The notes below the pieces were generated by a model. It saw only the letters and a list, made by a program, of their open reading frames with translations, did not search any database and was not told the origin of the DNA. A stretch of 63,283 bases of DNA, counting the filler, from Gonapodya sp. JEL0774 (taxonomy: Eukaryota): assembly GCA_027604505.1 (NCBI GenBank). It is 51 parts of 51 records of this genome, joined end to end, with 100 filler letters (N's around TTAATTAATTAA, not from the genome) between each part and the next. Parts side by side here need not be neighbours in the genome. Positions count along the whole stretch, not along the records: positions 23,735 to 24,879 come from JADIIX010003761.1; positions 24,980 to 26,124 come from JADIIX010003762.1; positions 26,225 to 27,368 come from JADIIX010003763.1; positions 27,469 to 28,611 come from JADIIX010003764.1; positions 28,712 to 29,854 come from JADIIX010003765.1; positions 29,955 to 31,096 come from JADIIX010003766.1; positions 31,197 to 32,338 come from JADIIX010003767.1; positions 32,439 to 33,580 come from JADIIX010003768.1; 43 more parts are not named here. One strand, 5' to 3'. Numbering within the stretch: position 1 is the stretch's first letter; every line of letters starts with the position of its first letter. Below, piece after piece: positions 24,541 through 37,584 of the stretch. The position numbers and the translations under genes were made by a program.

Positions 24541-26224
24541 ATGTGACTTTTATTTTATGTGCAAACGGGTCGTACTCGCAATTCCACACAGGACACTTTG
24601 TAATACATATGGTCGAAGACGATTTGAAGGCACGACCACTCCCGTTTGGGAAATGCAAGCCACTGTGATACGTGCTTGCTGCTAATAGTACTAATACGCG
24701 CTACATGGGGTTTGCTAATGGCTTCTCACGATCCGCAAAATCCCAACGGAGGTCCCTTCTCAGTTACACGAAAGAAAGAAAGAATACTGGAGCCTCCTCT
24801 TTTTTGCGCACACCACCGACCACCCTATCCATCCTTCCATACAAAATCCACACCCGCCCGGCCTGTCCTCTCCCACTCTNNNNNNNNNNNNNNNNNNNNN
24901 NNNNNNNNNNNNNNNNNNNNNNNTTAATTAATTAANNNNNNNNNNNNNNNNNNNNNNNNNNNNNNNNNNNNNNNNNNNNAGTGCATTTCCACATACACAC
25001 TTCCTTTTAGTACACAGGAGTAATGGGCTGGGGCTGGCTGGCTGTTGATATTCGGGAAAAGTTTGGGTCAATTTATGCAAAGGGCCTTTGAGCTCACTCA
25101 GTGGTAGAATCACTGAATCATGTATATAGTTACGTCCTCCACCTCTGCACGAGGACCACCATAACAGGTAGGTCATTGCAGAGGGCGTTCTGGGATGCGC
25201 CGGCCGCAAGGTGGCGCGGAGAATTACCGTCACCCTCACAAGGAGGGGGTGGAGATGCATAAAATGTGGTCAAGGACAAGAAGATGAAAATCTTGAGGGA
25301 CCGGCACTTGGTAGCCACCTTCAGGCCGATTCTGCAATCAACCTTACCGAAGTTTACAAGAGATATCATGCTAAGGATTCAAGAAACGCCCGCTTGTGGC
25401 CTGACAAACAAAACTGGAAATTTTCTCTGATGTTGGTGGATCCTGGAAGACAACCGACAACCTCCCTCGGTGACACAGGTACACTTGAAACACGTGGGTA
25501 CTGGAATGAAAGTGTGTGAAAGAGGGAGAGAAAAGGCTACAGGAAATGGTGCAACAGAGTGAACTGGCTTGCTAAGCGGTGGCCAAGCCAAGTCGCAAAA
25601 TGTCACAAAACAGCTCTTGTGTAGATGAAGCCGATCGAAAAGAGAAGTGAAACAAGAGCACTGAATTCCTGGGACGATCGGGGCGATAACCTGGTTGGCT
25701 TGAAGGCAGATTGGCCTCATCAATTAGCATTCGGCAAAGAGCGGACAACTCGATAGATGGTGACTGGAAACGCCTGGCACTCTCCGATTCGCATATCCGT
25801 CAAGATACCCCTTTACGCTCAACTTTTGTGTTACCCCACCGAGTTATACAACGCTGTAAGGCCAAGCATCCAAGATGATGAGCAGAATTTCGAACCTCGG
25901 TCCATGAATTCATCTGTATTCCACGTGTGGAATGTGAAGAATTATCTGCACTGAATGCTAAACGGCAAAGTTTGCAATTTTGAAGTAGACAATTTTCATC
26001 AATTGTCGAACGGTAAGATAGTGCTGTCCTCCCGGAGATGCTGCATCCATCAGCAAAACGGGCCTCGTATCCGACTTTGGCAAATTTTATAAGGGTATTC
26101 GGAACAATGTTTGGATATATACAGNNNNNNNNNNNNNNNNNNNNNNNNNNNNNNNNNNNNNNNNNNNNTTAATTAATTAANNNNNNNNNNNNNNNNNNNN
26201 NNNNNNNNNNNNNNNNNNNNNNNN

Positions 26225-27174
26225 CGGGTTTGGAACGATATTATGCTTCTTCGCTCTCCAGACAATGTTATGCTGTAAGAATCTCTACGGCTGTTGAATT
26301 TCAGCGCCGTGCGACACTCAACTATCATGGGGATTGACTTAGCAAATTGACAATCTCGCATGGAATCGCCCAGTCTGTGAAGCTGGCTCTGTTTGAGGAC
26401 CTCGTGGAAACCACCATCGAATCGGTACGCAAGTTTACCATCGTCTTGATGAGAGAAGCTTCAAGCTCCTCACGACCAACTTGTGATCAGACTCGCAACA
26501 TCCCCAACCAAATGGCTGCAACAGGCAAAATTCCCCTGTCGCGAACGGCGATTACGAAGAAAATTGGGCAGCTGTTCATCATGCGTATCAATGTCAATTT
26601 GGTTTCAAACGTGCTGGACACACCGGAGCTGTTTTGGTCCGGTAAGTCTGATCCTTCATCAACGAAACACCAACACAAAAGACCCATACTTTCAAATTCC
26701 GCCTTATAGAACCTGCATTGGAGCCATTTTATAAAGCTATACGGTGAGGAACTGCATGCTCACCACTTTATCGCAAGGAGGCGTCCTCACGAGCTTCGCT
26801 ACAAGGGGATACCTCGAGATTGGCAGCCGTGTGGAAGTGCTGAACCAACGAGTGGCAGTCATTTGTGAGCGAATCATCGTACCGGTCTCTTCCGATGTTA
26901 CTGTTTCCCAAGTTGGCCTTTCCTCTTCACAGCCGATCTCCTGGAAATGTTAAAAGACCATCTGACAAGTAGTCACGGGGAACTGCTGGAGTGGATTGTC
27001 ATTTTTCTCATCCTCGTGGGTTGATGTTCACTTTAAAAGTTTTATCACGTCGTTCACCTTCGGCACATGATCTTTGCTCACGCGATCTCCAATTTGCAGC
27101 TCGAAATCATCATCGGGCTTGTGACCATCAGTATCGACGCCGTTGAAATCGGAGGTGTTCCATCGTTCTTGTAA
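26225..27174 (+). CDS. RMD1: Rmd1/Sif2 family (DUF155) protein, 3' part
   Basis: KLTISHGIAQSVKLALFEDLV, KKIGQLFIMRINVNLVSNVLDTPELFWS, GYLEIGSRVEVLNQR, HGELLEWIVIFLI. Confidence 0.93.
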
Positions 27175-27468
27175 AAAATCGCTTTCGTATTTTATCCAGT
27201 ATTCGTACAGTGAAAGCGCATGACATAGATATCATTCCATATATAAACTTCACCCTAGTAGTCGCGACTGACTAAAATAGCGCATTGCGGGCGCGACTCT
27301 GTCCATTCTAATATTGTGAATCGGATGTGTGGGATACTGCGGATGACAGTAGATCGGAAGACGTGAACNNNNNNNNNNNNNNNNNNNNNNNNNNNNNNNN
27401 NNNNNNNNNNNNTTAATTAATTAANNNNNNNNNNNNNNNNNNNNNNNNNNNNNNNNNNNNNNNNNNNN

Positions 27469-27692
27469 TAAACTGAGAAACCAAGGGTGCACACTGTGGT
27501 TAAGTGAAAACACCATGGTGCAAGGGTGGTTAAACAAGATAACCACGTGCATAGATAACCAACCAGATGCCCTTGGTGGTAAAAAGATGGTTAAAATCAT
27601 ACATAACCACTGAGTAACCATGCAAATACCCTGGGTGGTTATGCCAAGGTGGCATTTTTGTGGTTATTTGGCATAACCACACCATGGTTAAG
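27469..27692. repeat. Cluster of short TAACCA/TGGTTA motifs in both orientations, probable transposon subterminal region
   Basis: About ten GGTTA/TAACC copies in about 220 bp, ending CATAACCACACCATGGTTAAGG; contig is CpG-poor. Confidence 0.5.
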
Positions 27693-28919
27693 GTCCCGAC
27701 AGTCCCAGTGATCGGTGTTGGGGGGTGCCAGTGCTGTGAGCATCTTGACCACCTCGCCCGCGGGGAACACCAGCGGGCCCTTGTCAGTGCCGCATGGTTC
27801 GCCAAGTGGATGGAGGGGAAACAGGGATCGTATGTGAGAGTGTGTGCTTCTGTTTCCACTAACCCTTTCATCCAGGCCAGCTCCATTCTTGTTATTGAGG
27901 TCCCGCTTTCCTCTTCCTCCCTCTGTCGCCACTCTTGTTCACTTCTCCAGCATGGATTTGGAGTGGTGGTGTAAGCACGGTGTTGAGATCAAGAGAACTG
28001 AAACAAATCCACTCACCTCTCAATGCCTCCTGACGTGAATCCACAGAGCGTTCACTTGTTGTTCTAGCTTCCGGCGATTCGCTCATTGATACCATCGTCC
28101 TGTCTTCTCCCTTTGGCCTTCTCCGTTGTCGTTCCTTCCCTCCCACCTTTGCCACCACATGTCACTCAACGGTAGGCTCTCCAAATTGACACAAAAATGG
28201 TGGAGACCATTGTGAAAATATGTGAGAACGGTGGTGATGGAGACAAAGTGAATTGAGGGAGTTCAGGTGTTCTTGGTGTGGTCCTGCACAACCAATGAAG
28301 TGTGACAAAGCTTGCAGAAGCAGATAGTCTTATTGTACAGGAGGGAAAGTAGAGATACTCAAATCTATCTTTTGTTTGGTTTTCAACCAGCTATTAATCT
28401 TCTGCACCTGATTCCACAAGTCATCGGACTTCTCAGGCCACTGGTAGCCTACCATGGCCTCGTTACTCTTTAATTCATTGATTTTAGTTCTCCAGAAGTC
28501 TCGTCTCCATTCTTGTGCCAACTTTTTTGCTGAAGTGTATGAAATTTTGTTGCCGTCATCACTGATATGTTTAGGGTCGTTCCAAAACAACACTCTGTCT
28601 TCATGAAACTTNNNNNNNNNNNNNNNNNNNNNNNNNNNNNNNNNNNNNNNNNNNNTTAATTAATTAANNNNNNNNNNNNNNNNNNNNNNNNNNNNNNNNN
28701 NNNNNNNNNNNCCTTTGTCGAGACTAAGATTGACTGATAATCAACTTCGTCCAAAAAGCATGAGACAATCGCTCGCGGGATTGGTGACTCTCTACGAAAA
28801 TACATCTATCTAGGACCACCATGCAAGAGTCTACGACATAGAACACGAGCATCTATGCGTTTAACGTCAGGAATCCGGTTCCAAGAGGGCACAGATTGGC
28901 ACCCAGAAATTCAAGGCGA

Positions 28920-29854
28920 TCATCCGTACGCCATCTTCCTCTCCGAAAACAACGCTGAAGCCACCTTGGTAATGTCAGCGTTTCCATCTATCAAATCCTT
29001 AGTGTCCACTCCGTTTGCTCCTGCGATATCTTCCTTGGTGATCGGAACACCTGTCGCGAGATACCCAAGTTCCCTCCAAGCCTGCTTGACCCTTTTCCCA
29101 AGTTCTCGATGTCGCGCTTCCCACGCAGGAAAGCGGGGGTCATCTTCGGTTGTGAAGCTTCCCTCCGAGTTGGTTGTTGGGGAGGATACACTGGTCGCGT
29201 GGGGGTGTTTATCGATAACACCATTTTCCTCCTGCTTCTCCAAATCCTTCTCCATTTTCTCTGTAGCAAGCCTTCTCGCTCTCACCACTTTCCTCAACGC
29301 TTGCACTGCTCCCCATAACTTCTCCACGTGCCTGTCTCTCAAACCGTTGCTTCCCATGTACTTCACCATCCCTTCCAAGTAATCAATGTTTGGGCCTGAT
29401 GGCCCGTGCGAGGTGACGATATGATACGCCATCTCCGAGATGGGGGCTGGCCCGAGGAAGGACGGGTTCGACGGGAGACCAATGTAGAGAACGGCGTTCT
29501 CGACGAGCACGGTTTCGGTGGGAGGTGAGGTGGAGGCGGTTGATGGTATGAGGCCATACACAGGCACAAGAACGCCTTTTCGGGATGTGATGTTTGGGGG
29601 ATGTATTGAAGAGCGTTTGTTTTCCTCCCACCTTGGTAGCTATCGAGGCGATTGAGGAATGCCATATCAACTCACTTGCGTAACCGTTCTTTTCCCGGAA
29701 ATCCAGATGTGCGCGAGTCTCCGCGGCTTTCTCTGGTGGAATCTGGGTGGAGTAAACGCGCGCCTTCTAGCATGCCGAGTCCCAAGCGGCGACTTCAAAA
29801 AGTCGGACGTTGGTTCACCTTGTATGCGACTCCCCACACTCTATCCTCCTCGTC
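28920..29854 (-). CDS. ChaC-like glutathione-specific gamma-glutamylcyclotransferase, 3' part
   Basis: WGVAY, YLDYQ/LNRLDSYQGG region, AVLYIGLPSNPSFLGPAPISEMAYHIVTSHGPSGPNIDYL. Confidence 0.88.
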
Positions 29855-30056
29855 NNNNNNNNNNNNNNNNNNNNNNNNNNNNNNNNNNNNNNNNNNNNTT
29901 AATTAATTAANNNNNNNNNNNNNNNNNNNNNNNNNNNNNNNNNNNNNNNNNNNNCATTCTGAATACACATTTCTCCCAATTATTCAAGAGATTATGGTTA
30001 TCTTACATCATTTCACAGGTTCATCTTGCATTGATTTTATGGGTGGGTGAAGTAAA

Positions 30057-30900
30057 TTACAGGGTGGGGGCACTCTCCAGGGTGGGGGGTGTAAAAAATG
30101 CGACACCGAACAGATTCGAGTTCGCCCATGATCGACGCCAAGACGACCCCTGTGACCAGTTGAGCGGTGCCGGTGATGTAGATGTGACAGCGTAGTGGGT
30201 AACATCGTTGGTGGCGTTAAACAGGGTGCTGTCGTCAGGAAGGTTGGCTTTCGAGGTAGGGGCGGACTGGAAAGCGAAGTGCACAGTGGCAGAGGTGGGC
30301 GCACCAGCGGTCAGATAGTCAGACTTCATAGCGGCGAACTCGGACATGTCAATTCGCTGGTGAACATGTATCAGTAATGTGTGATAGTACAAAAGAACAG
30401 ACCACTTACCTCAATGAGTACCCCACCTTGCTTCAGAACCTTGTTAAGCGCAATGAGTCGGAGTCCACGCAGTTTCGCTTGTAATCTCGGGGCCAAAGAC
30501 TTCAGGAACATTAGTGCGTCAATAATATATCGAAGCGAAATTACATGCAACACTCACCGGTCTCGATTTGTCTGCATCTTCCGGGTTAGGGAAATCGATT
30601 ATGAAAACCGAATGATTCGCACCTTGTTCAGTCGCAAATGCCGTAAGTGCTGCCTCGAGTTGATCAGGTTCCACGAGATGCGTGGTGGGGAGGGCGATAG
30701 GATTTATGAGCTTGCGACTCTCACGCTGTTTCTAAATAACAAAAGTTAGCAAGCATACCGAGGAATTAATACCCTTCACCTACCTTCTGTTTTGGGGTAG
30801 CTTCAGTCTCTTCCTTCGAGGGCTTTGAAGCCCCTTTAGGGTTGTCGTCTTCCTCGAGTTCAACAGTAAGATCCAACTACCAGTTTGGCTAATGAATGTA
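30057..30900 (-). CDS. Hypothetical spliced protein, 3' part
   Basis: Several exons with GT-AG boundaries ending in ORF 30057-30392; no recognised domain. Confidence 0.35.
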
Positions 30901-31203
30901 ACCCTTACAGCCGCTTGCAAAAAGTTTGACCCGAGCCCAAAAATATTGTAACGGCTGCACAAATACAAAATCGAATTTCTACCGGTCCCGTACACTTGAT
31001 CCAAATCCGAAGACGCTATCTTCTGGAGAATTGTTTTCTCCAGAGATCTCCCCCCTTTCTGCTCCCCATCGGTGAACTTCGTGTTTCACCCGCCTCNNNN
31101 NNNNNNNNNNNNNNNNNNNNNNNNNNNNNNNNNNNNNNNNTTAATTAATTAANNNNNNNNNNNNNNNNNNNNNNNNNNNNNNNNNNNNNNNNNNNNAGTT
31201 GTA

Positions 31204-32338
31204 ATGACCACCACAAGAGATGTTCCTTGCAAGCCTGACCAACACGCCGAGGAATCCACCATTCTCGCGCTCCATGAACCAGATGTACACGGTTCCCAGG
31301 CTACCTTGATGGCCGATGCTGTGCCCTATGCGTCAAACGTGGCAGCCCCCTGGGATTTCACTCGGAAGTTTATACGCTCGCAGATCGGGCTAGTTCGACA
31401 TCTGCACAATCTTCAGACAGTGAGTAAAATCATCACTTTACTCGGTATATGTTGTAACTGCAGCCATTCTGTGCCAAGTACTGTGCAAAGATTTCGGAGG
31501 ACTCAGTGTTACTCAACGTTCCTCGGGAGGTGGTTGATGCCATTACCGCCAACAGCCACCGCTCACCCATTCTGGCAATTCACGAGTTCATTTTAAGCTC
31601 CATTGAGTATGTCTACAAGACAATTAAAGAAGAGGAAGCGATTACAGAAGAAGATGTTTTCAGTCTGATCGCTGTTCTCGTGAGTGGGGTGAACTCTCTT
31701 TAGTGTTTCTATCATCTAACTCACGCTTGGATTGGTGAGGCATGGCATTTTCTCGAAGAAATGAAATTACATTTTAATAAATGCCGTTCCGCGATCGCAA
31801 CAATTGTTCATATAAAAAATTCAAGGAAGAGTAGCGCCGTGAAACGACTTGTCGTGAGTCAGCAGAGAAGAGAGCAAGATGCACAATCTCAAAATTTCGA
31901 TGAATGAAGGAGATTGAAGCTGTTAATGGAAACGCAGGAGAAGATCTTGCTTTCCTCCTCTCCCGGTCCCGTGAGTTTTGTCTGCTCGGCTTGCCTTCAC
32001 AATCTCTACCAAACGATGGTTGCCATTTTTTGAAGCCATGTGGGCTACACATACTTTGGAACTTGCGACTGAAATCGGACCGGCCTGCTCAACTGTATTC
32101 AAGCTCATAGCAGACTTTATTCTAACACTGCACAAACTTTTGTTTGCAGTCAAATCACCAGTCATCACTCCATCTCTGGCCGTTTTTATAGTTTCGTCTA
32201 CTCCACAAGACCTTCTTTCTCTGGTGAAATATGATTATGTCGGCCATGCCCTTGTGGAGCACCTGCGCGAACATTTGTTTGGATTCCCTTCCAACCAAGG
32301 GATAGTTCAAGCCTTGCTATCGTTTGATTTACCATCTT
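31204..32338 (+). CDS. Helical, possibly DH (RhoGEF)-like protein, 5' part
   Basis: TRKFIRSQIGLVRHLHNLQT, ILAIHEFILSSIE, EDLAFLLSR pattern reminiscent of DH helices; spliced. Confidence 0.35.
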
Positions 32339-32438
32339 NNNNNNNNNNNNNNNNNNNNNNNNNNNNNNNNNNNNNNNNNNNNTTAATTAATTAANNNNNN
32401 NNNNNNNNNNNNNNNNNNNNNNNNNNNNNNNNNNNNNN

Positions 32439-33427
32439 CGCAGGAGGGTCGGCTGGAATGTGTGCCATGACGACAACGTATCCGTTCGAAGTGGTTCAGG
32501 GTTAGTCACACTTTTTGTCTATCAGCGCCGGCTTATCATCGGCATCTGAACATCGAAATTTTTAGTCCGAATGATGGCAAACGTCGACGTTCCTCGAACC
32601 GTGGGAGAAGTTGGCAGAACACCCAATGCTTTATCTAGCCCTTTACCAACCTCAGCGCGAGCTGTTCCTGCCACAACCGTCGGTCACAAGATCAGTGCTT
32701 CCCCAGCTTTTACGGCCTCCACCGCATATCAGTACCAATCGCGGAATTTAACTTCCGCAGCGTCAACTGCACAAAAACAAGTATCCTCATCAGTGTTGCT
32801 GCGAACGGTCAAACAGATGTATACAGAGGGGGGGATCCGAATATTTTATAGTGGTCTGGCTCCTTCAATGTTGGGCATTGTACCTTATGCAGGTGAGCAA
32901 TCATATGACTACCGCATTCAAGATGGAGTTGTATTGAATGTCGCACTGTGACGGTGGATATTTCATTTGTTTAGGCTCCAATTTTATGACCTACGAATCC
33001 CTCAAACAGTACTATCTGAGATATCTGAAACGCCATGCAACTTCGCACACACGTCCGGAACCCAACTCAGTCGTACTCCTAGTCTTTGGAATTCTCGCTA
33101 CCTCCACAGCTGCTGCCGCCACGTATCCCCTTGCAACAGTGAGAACTCGACTACAAGCTCAGGGGACACCCGCCCATCCCACGAGATATCATGGCATGGT
33201 GGATGTTTTCCAAAAGACGTGGAGGAACGAAGGATGGTGGGGGTTCTACCGCGGGTGAGTGTTGGAGCGACGCTGTTTCCTTAAGTGATCGTACAATATT
33301 TATGCCGGCTTCCAATCCCACCAGGCTTCCTGCCTCTCTCACCAAAGCTGTTCCGTCCGCGTCCTTCTCTTATGTTGTCTATGAGTGGGCAAAGACGGCT
33401 CTTGGAATTCCCTCGAAGAATGAATAG
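32439..33427 (+). CDS. Mitochondrial carrier (SLC25, SCaMC/Sal1-like), 3' part
   Basis: YPFEVVQ, EGGIRIFYSGLAPSMLGIVPYAG, TYPLATVRTRLQAQGTPAHPTRYHGMVDV...EGWWGFYRG, KAVPSASFSYVVYE. Confidence 0.95.
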
Positions 33428-33680
33428 GATGAGCATCTCACCATCACACTCACATAATATTTTCAGATCTCCTGGTTGCGAGTCAGGCTATTTGCCGGTT
33501 TTGTGTTGTGTAGTTACATGATTTGACGTCGCGACTCCTCCATTGATCGAACGCATTGGAGCATCTTCTACCCGGTGTAANNNNNNNNNNNNNNNNNNNN
33601 NNNNNNNNNNNNNNNNNNNNNNNNTTAATTAATTAANNNNNNNNNNNNNNNNNNNNNNNNNNNNNNNNNNNNNNNNNNNN

Positions 33681-34822
33681 AATAAGGTGAGGGCTTGCTT
33701 TTGCTTTTGATTTACACCCAGCTGAAAAGATATCTCGCTGTAAGTGACGATGTGAAGCTGTGAGTGTATTGAGTGGCGTAACGCCGTTGTGGTAAACTTA
33801 TCGAAAACTCAGGCAGCAATTTGTGAATATCCTGCGGGAGAAATTGAATACCACCGAAGACTCTTTGGAGAATGCCCTTAAGAAGATTTCAGAATTGGAA
33901 GAAGGTAGCCATGGGTAAGTTTGACGTTACAAGATACATGCTCTATGGATTTATATGTGAACTGGAACCGCAGCGTACGCCTTCAAGATGACTTAGATAA
34001 AGTCACTTTACAGAAGGACCTTGCCACCAATCTGAGAAAGCTTCGCGAGACTGAAGCCAAAGCCGAACAGCTTGAAGATCGTTGCCGTACCCTCGAGCGG
34101 ACCCGAGAAGAAGCGCTCAAGACTGCCAGCAACTTAAACGAGCAACTTCGTGAAGAGACGAATCAGCGACTGGATGCCGAAAAGAAAGCTACAAAAGCGG
34201 ACGCACTGGAACGAAAGACCAAAGAAGTATGTGAAGTAACCTGATCATGAACTCCTGGTGTTCAACTGCATCACCCCGTATTCCAGCTTAATGAAATTAT
34301 ATCGGATTTGCGATCTGAAAAGTCTCTCCTTATGGAAGAGCAGTCGCGCCTCATCTCAAATCAGATGACGAGAGCTCGTGAACGGGAGCTCATCGACCGC
34401 CATGAGCGAGAACTGACCGTTCTTCGTGGGATCATAGCACAGCTTGAGTCACAAGCAGGAGACAAGGCTGGCGATCGAGGTCAAATGCTGAGTAAGATTG
34501 CAACATTGACGGAGGAAATTGCATCCCTGCGAGAAGAAAGGTCTAGGGAGGTGGTAGACAGGACCCACCTGGAGGCAAGGAATGAGGAATTAGAGCGCAA
34601 ATTATCTTTATTTTCCAGTGAAGGGTTGGTGGATATGGAGGAAGTAGCAGAAGTATTGGCCTGGATTAGGTGGCGTAAGGAGAAGGGCTTTGACATTGGC
34701 TTAAATGCCCGATTCGAGGCTGAATCTTTGCATACGGTGAGTAATGTTTTCGCATGCACACCGAAATGCAACCATAGCTTCAACAGTTGTTATTAGGATA
34801 GGAAATTATTGGACGATTTGCG
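33681..34822 (+). CDS. RPGRIP1L/Fantom-like ciliary transition-zone coiled-coil protein (internal fragment)
   Basis: IAQLESQAGDKAGDRGQMLSKI...EELERKLSLFSSEGLVDMEEVAEVLAWIRWRKEKG parallels the RPGRIP1L segment I recall (IAQLETALKSDLTDKTEIL...[20 protein letters not shown]). Confidence 0.65.
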
Positions 34823-36228
34823 NNNNNNNNNNNNNNNNNNNNNNNNNNNNNNNNNNNNNNNNNNNNTTAATTAATTAANNNNNNNNNNNNNNNNNNNNNN
34901 NNNNNNNNNNNNNNNNNNNNNNTTCCAGCCACATTCAAGTCTCTGATGCCAGTCAGATCAACCACGCAACGACTCGAGCTTTCAGGCGCCAGGGAAGGAC
35001 ACGGAATAGAGATTGTGTGGGCGATGGATTCAGCTCGGGCGCCTACACACAGAAGGACGCGATCGCCCGCCTCCAATACCTGCGACCACAGCAACTGTTG
35101 ATCAGCTGACTTGACTTGAACACAACACAAACGATCTTTGTCGGCGCTGCATTATGATCACTTGGCGCAAACCAATGGGAACGTCATCTTAGCATCACGT
35201 GCTCTCATGCTGATATCGCCATATCCGCTTCTCGCATCTCACTTTCTCAGAACGTCTGATTCCCTCTTTTCCGCCTCCCTGTCTCCCGTGTGATGCTATG
35301 AAATCATCAAATTGGAGATTTCCGCGTTGATGTCCCATAATCATCTCCCGTTTTCTTGCCGACCTTGCTCGCCTCTCAAGTCTCCCTCTCCCATGTTCTC
35401 CGATCGCAACATCGCTCCTATGTGCAGAAAGCTGACATTGCTGCTCGAGAAGCAGATAACGAAGTTTGTAACACGGATGATTTACAGGCGCGCGAAGGTG
35501 GGCAGGACGACCAATGTAGTTAGTTGGAGAGAGTACGAAAGGATGAAGCTTTCCACACCGCGAGTCGTCATCTGGTCAAATGTAAAGGCAAATGCCGCCC
35601 CAGGAGTACACAAAACCAGCTATGTATTCTGTACTTTTATTCAATATTCCACTACATTCAATGTCTTGTCCCAAAGAACAACGTGTATGCAGTAACCACA
35701 CAAATACAGCAGAGTCCCTCAACGAAAATAGAGTATCTTATCCGTGGAACGCTCTCTTCGAATCACCGACAAAGCTATTTCCGGTCAACCTTTTCGTATC
35801 TCCCTGCACGGGATTCTCTCTCCAACAGTTCCGCATGGCATGCACGGACTTCAAAAGCCGGTACCTGAACTTCGGCTGAGCAAACGTAAAAGGAAAGGCT
35901 TTTCGGTGTTCCCAAAGAAAGACAGGCAAAGTCTGGTGAGGGAGAAAACGTCCCAGAATCGCTATTGACTCAGCAATGCCCGTAACGGGACAAGGAAAGA
36001 GAGCTATATCGAAACAACTTCTGAGAAACAAAAGCCCTAGGGAAAAAGTAGGATAAAAATGTTGNNNNNNNNNNNNNNNNNNNNNNNNNNNNNNNNNNNN
36101 NNNNNNNNTTAATTAATTAANNNNNNNNNNNNNNNNNNNNNNNNNNNNNNNNNNNNNNNNNNNNGGTAGCATCAATAAATTATGATAGATTTGTGTGCGT
36201 TTTCGTCATATTTGAGATGAGGACTTCA

Positions 36229-37306
36229 CTATACGCACCTGCATGCCGGAGGTCTGCGACTTCTCCACACCAAGAACCCGGCGACTGCGAATAAGATCAG
36301 TCCTCCCGCAACTAATCCTGATATCACACCAATGTTTACTCCGCTACTAGAAGAATCGGTACTGCTACCTCCAGTGGAGGAAGAACTGCCACCTCCACTA
36401 CTGGAGCCTACAGGGTTTACACTGGATGGGCCAGGTGGAGCTCCGGAGCCTGCCCCCATTGTCACCAGCGCCAGCGCCAGAGCCTACAACATTGGGCGGA
36501 GGGGCGACTCCCGAGGTGCCAGTGTTGGCTCCAGCCGGTGGCGGCGGCGGCACTGAGGGAAGAGATACATTTTATTGTTGCGGTTTCAAATGTTCAATTG
36601 GATGAATTGGATTTGACCAAAGGACATACCAGAAACTCCGTTCGGCGTGCAGCACATTGTAGTCGATCCTGAGCATAGGTTCTGTGTCGATGTGCAGCGA
36701 CAAAATCCTGAAACGCATGATAAACTGCCAACACATATGCTGTATCACTACACGCTCCTCCAAACACAACCGAGGGACCAATGCTCGGAGGAGCAGGAGG
36801 AACGAAAGTAGCAGACGAAGGTGGTGGAGAGGTATCCCCAGGAGCGGATGGCGGGATTGCCGGAGGCGCAGATGCTGGTGGTGGTGGTGGAGTGGCTGGA
36901 GGAGACAGCGCTGGCGGTGGCGGTGGGGTCTTTTGGTGGTGGTGGTGGGGTTGGGGGGGGGGTCGACGGGGTGGGGGGTGGGGGGGGGGGTGGTGGGGGA
37001 GCAGCGGGTGGAGGTGGAGGGACAGCCGGAGGAGGAGCGACAGGCGGAACGGGGGTCGGCGGGGGAGGAGGTGGTGGAGGTGGGGGCGGTAGTGGAGGTA
37101 GTGGTGGTGGAGGAATGGGCGGCGGTGGAGGAGGCGCAACCAGTGGTGCCGAGGTCGGGCATTGACCGACTTCGCAAGTGCAAGTTGCATCGCAGAACAC
37201 TTCGCCATCGGCACAAGCTATCTTTCGGAACGGTGCTCGCTCGAGCACTTTTGGGTGAGCACTTCTTACCACCAAACGACGATATGCGTCCAGATCGGCA
37301 TGTGCT
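36229..37306 (-). CDS. Single-pass cell-surface protein with Cys-rich modules and a proline-rich stalk (fragment)
   Basis: CADGEVFCDATCTCEVGQC, long poly-Pro, GFCRCTSTQNLCSGSTTMCC, Ser/Gly linker, TM VNIGVISGLVAGGLILFAVAGFLVWRSRR; frame slips at G/C homopolymers. Confidence 0.7.
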
Positions 37307-37584
37307 NNNNNNNNNNNNNNNNNNNNNNNNNNNNNNNNNNNNNNNNNNNNTTAATTAATTAANNNNNNNNNNNNNNNNNNNNNNNNNNNNNNNNNNNNNN
37401 NNNNNNAGATGACAGAAGAGGAGAAGGAGGTAAGTTTTTTTTATGCAACTTGGGGTTCATATAGTTATATTTCATGTTCGTCCGCGGCTCCTCATGAAAG
37501 CCATTCCTGACAGAGTCTGCGAGACTCAAAACAATCGCCCAGAACATCGTCACCAACACAAAACAACAAGCATTCACTACAAGC

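Noticed and set aside
36684..37306. Gly/Trp/Val-rich plus-strand ORFs
   Set aside because: Reverse complement of the poly-proline codon tract
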